A stretch of DNA of 38,398 nt from a virus (taxonomy: Duplodnaviria; Caudoviricetes). The stretch's first letter is position 1; each line of letters opens with the position of its first letter. The notes under the pieces were generated by a model, which was given only the letters and a program-made list of their open reading frames with translations, was not told the origin of the DNA and did no database searches. Below are positions 1-8,227 of this stretch, in pieces. The stretch is from the IMG/VR virus record IMGVR_UViG_3300028025_001953, positions 1-38,398 of that record; one strand, written 5' to 3'. The position numbers and the translations under genes were made by a program.

Positions 1-2380
1 CACCACCACCACCACCACCACCTAATCCAGTCATTGCGCCTAAAGCAGCCAAGGCAGCCATTAAAGCATTAATTTGTGCAATAGTTTCTGCAATATCTTT
101 ATTAATTTCCGCTAGTGCAACATGGAAAGCATCTTGCATTTCAGCAAGATCAATTTGTAAATCTTTCTTTAACTCAGCAAGAGTGTCAGTTAAATCTGTT
201 CTAGCCTCAGTCATTGCCTCAGCAAAATCAACAGCATATTGAGCCAGGGCTTCATTAAGTTCTGTTCCTACTTTTACATAGTTAGCCTTTAGTTCTTCTG
301 TTGCTAAACCTAATTTTTCATACATGGTTTTACCAAGAACATCTACACCAGTTTCAGATGTTTTTTGAATTTCAGTAAATAAACTTTGTAATTCTGTAAT
401 TGTTTCTGGTGTTGAATTTAATATTTCTTGGGCAAGTTTGTTGCCTACTTCAGTGCCTTGGGCTACTACCTGCTCAACAAATACCTGGTTAAATCCTTTA
501 TTAGATAAAGCGGTAGCATTTGCCGCTAGTGTTCTAATATCCGCTAACTGTTGTTTAAATTTATCAACAAGGGTTGTAGTGGTGGCTTTAGTTGGATCCT
601 CACCCTTTAATAAATCAGCAAACATCTTGCCAACATCAACAGCAGAGGCAGATCTAAATACATCTCTTAGACGGTCAATAGACTGTTGGATAATCTCTCT
701 GCGTTTTTCTGCGGCATCTTTTTGAGCATCTAATATTTGCTTGTTGTAATCTTTTTCTATTTGAAGAATTCTTTTAGCGCTTTCTTCTTTAGCCTTGATT
801 ACATCTTCATCATATTTGGCATTACGCTTTGCCACATCTTTTTGGTAATCCGCAATCAATTTGGCTTTCTTTTCTTCAAATCCAGCCAATTGTTTTTGCT
901 CAGATTCAAATTTCTTTTGTAAAGACTTAATTTCAGACAAGCGCTTTTTCTCAGCAGCAGCCTTTTCTTTAACTTCATTAGGATCAATACTGCTAGTAGG
1001 TGGGCGCTTGATTATTGCATCTTTAGTTTTAGCGCCTTCTTTATTTACTTTACCTAGGCTATCTGCCAATTGATTTGCTTTTTTAGCAGCCTTATCAGCA
1101 AAATCAGATATGCCATTTAATCCTTTATTAATAAAATCTAAACCTTCTTTTGCATACTTTCCTACGCCTGGCAGTTTAGACATAGCCAATAACAGTAAGC
1201 GTAAAGGCCCAGTGCTAATCTTCATTATTGCTTCAAATACTTGACCAACCATAGGAATGATTGCAGCAAACGCTCTAATTGCAACCTTAGCCATAGATAC
1301 AACTGCATTTCTAAATGCTTCATTGTTCTTGTAAAGTTTTACAAATCCTGCAACTAATAAACCAATTGCAACAACAACAAGGCCTATTGGGTTGGCTTTC
1401 ATGGCAACGCTTAGTGCTTTAGTTGCAATAGTGGCAGCGTTAGTAACTAATAAATATGCACCATAAGCAGTAGTTAAAACACCAATAGTGATTGCAAAAG
1501 CCTTTACTTCATCTTTATTATTTTTAAAAAAGTTACCTATGGCTTTTAATACTGGAATTAATAAACTCAAAATTTTAAGCAGCCCTCTAAATGCGGGCAT
1601 TAAAGCATCACCTAAAGCAACCTTGGCATCTTGGAATTTGGCTTGCAATGTTTTCATGGTGTTTGCAGTACCATCTGCTGTACGCGCATAATCACCTTGG
1701 GCTAAAGCAGTATCTTTCATAATTAATGAATAAGACGCTTGTGCCTTGGCAGCAGGTGTTAATGCTTGGCTTGTATTTTTAATTAAGCCTAAAGACATAG
1801 CCTCAGTCTTTAAACGCACATCAGATAAAGCAACACCAAACTTCTTTAACGGCTCTGTTTCGCCTGATAAACCAGATCTTAAAGCAAGAATCGCATCATC
1901 AATACTGGTGTTATTGAATGAGGCCATATCTGCTGCAAGTTGTACTAAAGATGTGGACATATCTTGCGCTTGCCCTTGGCCTAGACCAAATGCTTGGAAT
2001 AAGTTTCCGTAGGTTCCTGCTGCTTCAATGGCTGCTTGATTACTAATACCTAAATTTTCTGCTGCACCTTGACCAAATTTTAAAACTTCTGCTGCACCCT
2101 CACCAAAAACAACATTAACTTTAGATACAGATTCAGCCATGCTAGAGGCTGCCATAACAGTATCTTTAGCAAATGATGTTAATTGTGTAGCGGCAAATGT
2201 GGCTCCAAGGGCTGCACCAACAGATTTAAGTTTGCCAATAAAATTGGTCATACCCCCAGTTGTTTTTTTGACATTATCATCTAAACCTTTAAGGCTATTT
2301 TGTGCTTGGGCTAATCCTGCTTTTAGATCATTAACATCAGCAGCAAGTTTTATTAGAATCGGGGGGATTGCTTCAGCCAT
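1..2380 (-). CDS. Tape measure protein, N-terminal part (continues across the window join into 38398..38196)
   Basis: ATG at 2380 (MAEAIPPILIKLAADV...), Ala/Lys-rich helical composition, downstream of the tail chaperones; the frame runs off position 1 in a GGT run. Absent from the ORF track because it has no stop in this segment. Confidence 0.9.
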   Translation of the reverse strand, partial: MAEAIPPILIKLAADVNDLKAGLAQAQNSLKGLDDNVKKTTGGMTNFIGKLKSVGAALGATFAATQLTSFAKDTVMAASSMAESVSKVNVVFGEGAAEVLKFGQGAAENLGISNQAAIEAAGTYGNLFQAFGLGQGQAQDMSTSLVQLAADMASFNNTSIDDAILALRSGLSGETEPLKKFGVALSDVRLKTEAMSLGLIKNTSQALTPAAKAQASYSLIMKDTALAQGDYARTADGTANTMKTLQAKFQDAKVALGDALMPAFRGLLKILSLLIPVLKAIGNFFKNNKDEVKAFAITIGVLTTAYGAYLLVTNAATIATKALSVAMKANPIGLVVVAIGLLVAGFVKLYKNNEAFRNAVVSMAKVAIRAFAAIIPMVGQVFEAIMKISTGPLRLLLLAMSKLPGVGKYAKEGLDFINKGLNGISDFADKAAKKANQLADSLGKVNKEGAKTKDAIIKRPPTSSIDPNEVKEKAAAEKKRLSEIKSLQKKFESEQKQLAGFEEKKAKLIADYQKDVAKRNAKYDEDVIKAKEESAKRILQIEKDYNKQILDAQKDAAEKRREIIQQSIDRLRDVFRSASAVDVGKMFADLLKGEDPTKATTTTLVDKFKQQLADIRTLAANATALSNKGFNQVFVEQVVAQGTEVGNKLAQEILNSTPETITELQSLFTEIQKTSETGVDVLGKTMYEKLGLATEELKANYVKVGTELNEALAQYAVDFAEAMTEARTDLTDTLAELKKDLQIDLAEMQDAFHVALAEINKDIAETIAQINALMAALAALGAMTGLGGGGGGG

Positions 2381-2381
2381 C

Positions 2382-2840
2382 TTATCCCCTCATTTTTTCT
2401 TTAATTGAGCCAACAAAAATTCTTTGAATTTGTCCAGATCGGATTAAACTCATAGCGGCTGGTTCTAGGTATGGATATTTTACGCCAGATTTCCAGCGTG
2501 GACTGCCCATTTCAACTGCCCTTGCATATTCCATTGATGCACCAACAATTGCTATGTAAGTACCAAATCCATAACGCACTGATGTTTTTATAGATCTTCT
2601 TAGGTTACCTGTAATTACATTTGGACCTTGACCGCTTGGGCCAATGTGCCTTGGTGGAATTATTTTGTTACCTTCTCTTACACGCGTTCCATTACTAGCA
2701 TTTAATTTAGCCTGTCTTTCAATTGCTAAACCCGCTCTACCAATACCAATTTTTGCACCTTGCTCAATATCAGATCCAACATTATCAATAGCCCGCAAGA
2801 CATCATCAAGATTAGTGACAACAATTGCTCCACCACTCAT
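2382..2840 (-). CDS. HK97 gp10-like tail completion/neck protein
   Basis: Motifs 'TGNLRRSI', 'EYARAVEMG' and 'PYLEPA' are typical of the HK97 gp10 family. Confidence 0.8.
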   Translation of the reverse strand: MSGGAIVVTNLDDVLRAIDNVGSDIEQGAKIGIGRAGLAIERQAKLNASNGTRVREGNKIIPPRHIGPSGQGPNVITGNLRRSIKTSVRYGFGTYIAIVGASMEYARAVEMGSPRWKSGVKYPYLEPAAMSLIRSGQIQRIFVGSIKEKMRG

Positions 2841-3061
2841 AAATCCTTGATCCTGTCAGCCTTCACGCTTTCAACAGTTGTAGCAATGGCTATTAACCAA
2901 TCTGCTGTTTCTACTGGCAAATTATCTACCTGTTCTGGTGTCCAGCCAAATCGGTCCGCCATTTGAAAGTAGTACCACTGTTGGTCAGGGTAATCAAAAC
3001 CTTCATGCCGTTGCCCGCCTTCCAAAAGCCATTTTAGCCTTTGGAGTTTTCGGTAAGGGCT
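2837..3061 (-). CDS. Tail assembly chaperone, -1 frameshift extension (gpT-like)
   Basis: The -1 frame is open from the slippery site C CCA AAA (3067-3061) to the stop at 2837; 'FGWTPEQVDNLP' is typical of T-like chaperone domains. Confidence 0.8.
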   Translation of the reverse strand, partial: SPYRKLQRLKWLLEGGQRHEGFDYPDQQWYYFQMADRFGWTPEQVDNLPVETADWLIAIATTVESVKADRIKDL

Positions 3062-3387
3062 TTTGGGTCTGCCTCATTCTGTTCTGTTTCAGATAATGCA
3101 GGGAACAAATATTTTTGCGCATCTTTAGTTTGCTCAACTAAATAATCGTAATCTTTCATTTCCAATTCATCAATGTTGTCAATTTTTAATGCAGGAATTA
3201 ACATTTCAAAAGACCATTCTTCAACAAGCATTGCAATTAAAGCATCACCTAGAGCAAGGGCTTTAGATAGATCTCCGCCTTCAGCATCAGCGCTTTTTAA
3301 AACACGCTTGCGATCTTTTACGCGCAATAAAGTTGCATCTTTTAAAGTTACGGTTGCGCCTGATGGTAGTGTTATTTTCTTTGACAT
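3034..3387 (-). CDS. Tail assembly chaperone (gpG-like)
   Basis: Acidic 117 aa ORF directly after the major tail gene, with an AGGAGG RBS and a slippery heptamer near its 3' end. Confidence 0.8.
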   Translation of the reverse strand: MSKKITLPSGATVTLKDATLLRVKDRKRVLKSADAEGGDLSKALALGDALIAMLVEEWSFEMLIPALKIDNIDELEMKDYDYLVEQTKDAQKYLFPALSETEQNEADPKALTENSKG

Positions 3388-3427
3388 ACATGCCTCCTAA
3401 TTAGTTACCTTCCGTACATCATAACCT

Positions 3428-3486
3428 AAAAGGAACAGGTGGGCAGAATCGCGGGAAGGCGTTCGCAATCACTGACCCACCTGTTC
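3428..3486 (-). terminator. Long-stem intrinsic terminator after the major tail gene
   Basis: 11-bp stem GAACAGGTGGG/CCCACCTGTTC with an upper stem, followed by CTTTT. Confidence 0.7.
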
Positions 3487-3495
3487 TGGAACTAA

Positions 3496-4482
3496 TTAAG
3501 CGTATGTACCAGAGGCCTTAGCGTTCTGAAGTACCCACTTAATATTACTGAATCCAGCAGTTGAGCCAGCATCAGTAGTGTTACCTTGTGCATTGATGTC
3601 ACATGTAACTTTCACAAAATCATCTCCGCGTTCAATTACTGCGGCTGTATATGCGCCCTTTGTAATTGTTGCCTGGATCTGAACTGCTGTTGCTCCTGAA
3701 CCATAAGCCCAGTTAAGAACAATTGCAGGTTGTGTGTTAGTTAAATAGCGGGTTAATTCGGTGTTATCTTCCATAATGAAAGTGAATTTACCGCTTGTTT
3801 CTAGTGGGCCAAGGAATACTTGGAATGGATTCTGAGTTTGTGAAATGCCATAAACAGGTGTTACATTTCTAGTCATATCAATGTTACCTGTCATTGCTGT
3901 TGAAACTGCTGATCCACCAATAGAAACAGTGCCTTGCCAAACTGGAGTTGGAAGAACTGTTGAGAATGATGGTGTTGGGGTTGATGCTGATGCTGATAAG
4001 AAACCAGTTGTTTTTGCATCATATTCCAACATGCCATCTGCATTAAATTTCAATGAGAAATCAGAAAATTGGCAACCAGGATAAGCGCGTACTGCTGCTG
4101 CATAAAAATCAGTCAGTGTGTAAGAAATTGGTTGGTCATCTGCTGCTGCAACTGCACTATTCTTTAATGAAATAGTGTGTGTATATGGTGCGCTAGAACC
4201 TGTTGTTGCTACTGAACCTAAAAGTCCAGCGAGTGCATAGCCAACAGTGTCAGCAAATACGGCTCCACCAAAATCATAAGTTGAGCGTGTGCGCCCTGGA
4301 ATATAGTTGTAATTAACTATATTTGAACCACGCAAACCAGTGTCATAGAGCGGATCAATAATATCTGCTGGTTTTAAACTATCTTTAGCAACAGGAATAT
4401 AATCTGTTGGTGCTACTGCTGTTCCCTTGGTAACTTCTTTAGCAATACCGAGGTAACTTCGTACGGATTGTTGTACTGACAT
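3496..4482 (-). CDS. Major tail (tube) protein
   Basis: 328 aa, Thr/Ser/Gly-rich, N-terminal 'YLGIAKEVTKGTAV' typical of tail tube proteins; lies before the chaperones and TMP. Confidence 0.85.
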   Translation of the reverse strand: MSVQQSVRSYLGIAKEVTKGTAVAPTDYIPVAKDSLKPADIIDPLYDTGLRGSNIVNYNYIPGRTRSTYDFGGAVFADTVGYALAGLLGSVATTGSSAPYTHTISLKNSAVAAADDQPISYTLTDFYAAAVRAYPGCQFSDFSLKFNADGMLEYDAKTTGFLSASASTPTPSFSTVLPTPVWQGTVSIGGSAVSTAMTGNIDMTRNVTPVYGISQTQNPFQVFLGPLETSGKFTFIMEDNTELTRYLTNTQPAIVLNWAYGSGATAVQIQATITKGAYTAAVIERGDDFVKVTCDINAQGNTTDAGSTAGFSNIKWVLQNAKASGTYA

Positions 4483-4486
4483 TACT

Positions 4487-4684
4487 TCACTCTCCTAGTG
4501 TCTTGTCTGACGCGGCAGACGGGGTTGGTGTTGAACTTAATTTAGTAAATGATTTTGCTTCACCTGCTGAACATTCAGGGTGAGAAAAATCTTCTGGTGC
4601 GTCAAACTGGTCACCTTTTTTTACCGTGATTCCAAGCGTAGGAAACACGCGTTCACTTGATCCATTGTATGTATATCTCATCAT
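4487..4684 (-). CDS. Small hypothetical protein between tail terminator and tail tube genes
   Basis: ORF with AAGGAG RBS, tightly packed in the operon. Confidence 0.65.
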   Translation of the reverse strand: MMRYTYNGSSERVFPTLGITVKKGDQFDAPEDFSHPECSAGEAKSFTKLSSTPTPSAASDKTLGE

Positions 4685-4689
4685 GCTCC

Positions 4690-5178
4690 TTATGCTTGAA
4701 TCATTTCTGTTGCATCAAATTCTATCTCAGCAAAGGTTTCCGTAGCGCCTTCATTAGAGGTGGCTGGTTCACCATAACGGGTAGTTATGCGTGGCTCTGC
4801 TCCTTGCCAAACTAAAGTTCCAGTTGTATCGCCAAAATTGTGGTCTGATCTCAACCTTGTTTTGATGTTATCTATAAGGGTATCAAAATCAGTCATAGCA
4901 TCTTCGGAATTTCGTTGCAATGAGTGTTGGTAAACCTGAAGAATTATGGTGTAATCAACACGCTTCCAACCAGATGTGGCTCCACCAATTGCAAGACGGG
5001 TTTCATTCTCTGCTGCAATATAAATTACGGCAGCCGCTCTTGAAAGTTGTCCTGGTTGTGAATTAACTTGATAGTTAATGCGTTTAGGAAAAGATTTAAA
5101 TACTTGATTTAAGGTTGCAATTGGAGGTGTTAATAAAAAGTTGTAAAGGGTAGCGCGTACCCCTGTGCGGCCTGCCAT
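4690..5178 (-). CDS. Putative tail terminator/neck protein
   Basis: 162 aa; position between the adaptor and tail tube genes; TAATG overlap with the upstream gene. Confidence 0.6.
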   Translation of the reverse strand: MAGRTGVRATLYNFLLTPPIATLNQVFKSFPKRINYQVNSQPGQLSRAAAVIYIAAENETRLAIGGATSGWKRVDYTIILQVYQHSLQRNSEDAMTDFDTLIDNIKTRLRSDHNFGDTTGTLVWQGAEPRITTRYGEPATSNEGATETFAEIEFDATEMIQA

Positions 5179-6068
5179 TACCTAATCCTTCTGTATAGAG
5201 AAACCATATCTAAGGCTAGTTTTAAATCTGAGCCATATCGTTGAGCGCCACTTATGTTTCCTGATGGAGCAGTTGTTACTGACATAGTTAAAGAGTTATC
5301 GCCTCTTGCCTTAATAAAGGCCGTTGTGGCCAATATGCAGGCTTGTTTAATTGCGCTTGGTAAATTGCTTACCGCAACGCCAGCAGCGTGTGTAAAGGCT
5401 AGTGCAGAGGTTAATAGAACGGTTACAGAACCAGAGGTATAACTACTTGCTACGGTTACTGTTTCTGTATTGGCTCCATCATAAATTCTGTATTGCTGAC
5501 CTGCAATGAATCCAGAACCATTTACTACGGTTAAGGAAGTAGCGCCTGCTGATGCTTGTGTTAAAAGAGTTGTATTTACATAACCAGCGACATAACTATA
5601 TTTCACAAATACAGGTGTGCCTGCTCCTGCGCCACCAAAACTTAAAGGCCCTTGGCTTGAATAAGTTAATTGGCTATCTGAAACAGGAATAATTACTTGT
5701 TGATTCTCAAACCAACATGTTGATGGATCGGTTAGTGTTGTTAAATTATTAGGGGTTGAGCCAAACTCAAAAGTATTTAATGAAATTATTGGGTTTTTAT
5801 TAGGGTGTAATGCAATATAACCTTGATTATTGAATCTAACCCTCTGTGTTTCGGTCACAAGTTGTGCGGTTAAATCTTGGTTTAGGTACTCATTTAGGTA
5901 TGAAGTGGCGCGTAAAATGACGCGAGCCAACTCAGCATCTTGCGCATTAGCGTTTCCGCCTACAACAAGGTTGTCAAAATCAATAGATGTAGGAGCGTTT
6001 TTATATTCAGCGACAGTTAAGTAAGGATTTTCGTTGAAACCAGTTAGGCTTGTTATACCTATTGCCAT
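5178..6068 (-). CDS. Head-tail adaptor with an inserted beta-rich domain
   Basis: N-terminal 'YLTVAEYK', 'YVAGY', 'LPSAIKQAC' and C-terminal 'LYRRIR' fit the gp6/gp15 adaptor pattern. Confidence 0.75.
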   Translation of the reverse strand: MAIGITSLTGFNENPYLTVAEYKNAPTSIDFDNLVVGGNANAQDAELARVILRATSYLNEYLNQDLTAQLVTETQRVRFNNQGYIALHPNKNPIISLNTFEFGSTPNNLTTLTDPSTCWFENQQVIIPVSDSQLTYSSQGPLSFGGAGAGTPVFVKYSYVAGYVNTTLLTQASAGATSLTVVNGSGFIAGQQYRIYDGANTETVTVASSYTSGSVTVLLTSALAFTHAAGVAVSNLPSAIKQACILATTAFIKARGDNSLTMSVTTAPSGNISGAQRYGSDLKLALDMVSLYRRIR

Positions 6069-6344
6069 TTATTCCCCATCTCTAGCAGGAGTTTGATCCT
6101 CACAACCACACCTACCACATTTTCTAAACCAGCCTTCAAAACCACATTGTACGCAAGTAAATCCTCTTTTGCGGTCACCATGGGAATAGGGATTTAATGA
6201 TGCTTCAAAATAACCTTCGGCTTTCATAGCGCGAGCATGTTGCGCACTTTCTACATTATAGATTCCGCCTTTATCTGGGCGGTAAGTTTTATTACCAATT
6301 ACAGTTTCTTTTACACCCTTATCAGGTGCTACATATCTTGCCAT
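6069..6344 (-). CDS. Hypothetical protein with C-terminal zinc ribbon
   Basis: CxxC...CxxC motif (CVQCG...KCGRCG); AAGGAG RBS. Confidence 0.7.
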   Translation of the reverse strand: MARYVAPDKGVKETVIGNKTYRPDKGGIYNVESAQHARAMKAEGYFEASLNPYSHGDRKRGFTCVQCGFEGWFRKCGRCGCEDQTPARDGE

Positions 6345-6355
6345 TGCCTCTCCTT

Positions 6356-6397
6356 AAAAAGATAGTGGTGCGCCCGTTATATGACGCACCACCATCT
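6356..6397 (-). terminator. Intrinsic terminator downstream of the capsid gene
   Basis: Stem AGATGGTGGTGCG/CGCACCACTATCT followed by a T run on the minus strand. Confidence 0.8.
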
Positions 6398-6405
6398 CTA
6401 GTTAA

Positions 6406-6537
6406 TTAAGGTGTTTCTGTTGGTTCAACCATTTGTGCAGTAGATACATTAGATGGCATTGCGACATTAGCATAATCTCTAATTGTCTTTAAGCCATGTG
6501 TGCTTTCTACTTGATTACAACCACATTCTAAACACAT
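6406..6537 (-). CDS. 43-aa peptide MCLECGCNQVESTH..., coupled to the capsid stop
   Basis: Translated by hand; TAATG overlap with the capsid stop; ends just before the terminator. Confidence 0.65.
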   Translation of the reverse strand: MCLECGCNQVESTHGLKTIRDYANVAMPSNVSTAQMVEPTETP

Positions 6538-8207
6538 TATGCAGTCACGATTCCTGAAACTGCGCCATTCCATGCTGGAGCGGTGCAGAAGAATGTTCCA
6601 CGGAAGTATGTGCTGAACTCATAAGCAAACTGGGTTACTGGCCATTGAATACCCATGTAATCCTGTACTAAGAAGTTAGCCCAAACATCTGAAACCTCTG
6701 TGTCTGGAATTGGAAGTGTAAATGAAAGAACAGGAGCAACGCCTGAGTTCAACCAAGGGTGAACCATTAGATCTACTGCTTTACCTGTTACTTCATTCTG
6801 CAAACCTGTAACGATAGAACCATAAGTAGTTCCATCTTCACCTGGATTGTTGATTACCAAACGGTAGTTTGCTGTTGATGCTGACTTGATTGCATCTGAT
6901 AGTTGCTTACGGTCATTACCGTTGAGCAATACCATATCTGGATCAGCCTTTACATTTGCGTAAAGTTGAGCAAATACATTCTGGAATTCAACACCTGGGT
7001 TAGAAGTTGAGAATGTGCTGTTGATTGTGTTGTTGAATCCGCTATTTGGACCAAGAACTGTTGGAAGAATTCCGTCATATCCTGTTGCATAGGCAGATGT
7101 ATCTGCTGTTGCGCGAGTTGCTGCGGCTCCAGTTGTTGAGAACGCGAAGTTGTTAGCCAATAGTGAGGTTGTTCCTGCACCATTGATAACTGCCTTTAAT
7201 GCGCCCTTAACTGTTCCCTGATACTTCAAGTTAGCAAGACCTGTTGTTGTTCCAACATAAATGTTGTAACCAAGTGCGCCAACTACTGCTGGGAATGTAA
7301 TTTCAAGAACATCACCAGTATTGACTGTTTCAGTTCCAATTGCAGAAGCGATAGATTCACCAAATCCGTTACCTGAGATACCTGCGTCTGCTGTAACAAC
7401 TACATAGTAAGTTCCTGATGCAAGAGCAGTTTGACCTGTTCCTGCTACTGGAGAAGCAGTTACTACGCTAGTTACCTGAGCAAGTGCGCCTGAGTAACCT
7501 GATGCTGTTCCGCGAGCCATCAACATCATTCTTTCTTCCATAAGCATTGTTGCGTATAGGGTAGAAGTTGATGATAGTTGGCGTAGATCTTGGTAGCCAA
7601 GACCTGAGAAGTTAGCATCAAATGAAACGCTATCTGATAGTGAGTATGAGTTGTAAGGCAGGATCAAATCATCTGCTGTGTAGGAGATCTTAGGACCACG
7701 CTCAAAAGCAATTGAACCAAATGTATTGGTTGTGGTTTCAGTGATTCCTGGCCAGATTTGTCCTTGTCCGCCTGTACCTGTACCTGTGTAACCAGTAATT
7801 CTCTTTACACGGTGTGAAGTACCGACACCTTTTTTACGCGGAATTCTGTTGCGTAGTGGTGTTGGGCGAGGTGTTAGCATCTTTGATGGTGCTTCTAAGT
7901 CAAAAGCAGCAAAAGATGTGCTAAGTGGAGATGTAAGGGTTATATCCTTTTGAATATCTTGCATTGCCATTCTTTGTGCGGCAAGTGCATTTTGTAACCC
8001 TGCTGATGCTTCTGCTGTTAGTGACTTGCTTGATGCAAGTGCCTCTAACTGTGACATTGGATCGGCTGTTGGAGCCTGACCAGGCACACTTGAAGCATTA
8101 GAAAGTGATTTACCTAATTCAGAAGTAAATTCTTCCATGCGTTGTGCGGCTTCTACTGGTGTTGTATCACCAAATAGATCAACCGCTTTAGGCGCTGTAA
8201 GCGACAT
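6537..8207 (-). CDS. Major capsid protein with an inserted Ig/FN3-like segment
   Basis: 556 aa, follows the protease/scaffold gene, strong GAAAGGAA RBS, highly biased codons; 'TPLRNRIPR' and 'YDGI' HK97-fold-like motifs. Confidence 0.85.
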   Translation of the reverse strand: MSLTAPKAVDLFGDTTPVEAAQRMEEFTSELGKSLSNASSVPGQAPTADPMSQLEALASSKSLTAEASAGLQNALAAQRMAMQDIQKDITLTSPLSTSFAAFDLEAPSKMLTPRPTPLRNRIPRKKGVGTSHRVKRITGYTGTGTGGQGQIWPGITETTTNTFGSIAFERGPKISYTADDLILPYNSYSLSDSVSFDANFSGLGYQDLRQLSSTSTLYATMLMEERMMLMARGTASGYSGALAQVTSVVTASPVAGTGQTALASGTYYVVVTADAGISGNGFGESIASAIGTETVNTGDVLEITFPAVVGALGYNIYVGTTTGLANLKYQGTVKGALKAVINGAGTTSLLANNFAFSTTGAAATRATADTSAYATGYDGILPTVLGPNSGFNNTINSTFSTSNPGVEFQNVFAQLYANVKADPDMVLLNGNDRKQLSDAIKSASTANYRLVINNPGEDGTTYGSIVTGLQNEVTGKAVDLMVHPWLNSGVAPVLSFTLPIPDTEVSDVWANFLVQDYMGIQWPVTQFAYEFSTYFRGTFFCTAPAWNGAVSGIVTA

Positions 8208-8227
8208 GTTATTCCTTTCAGAGATTG

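Noticed and set aside
438-2408. Plus-strand ORFs over the TMP, and similar plus-strand ORFs throughout the window
   Set aside because: Antisense shadows of well-supported minus-strand genes, with no RBS or recognisable motifs
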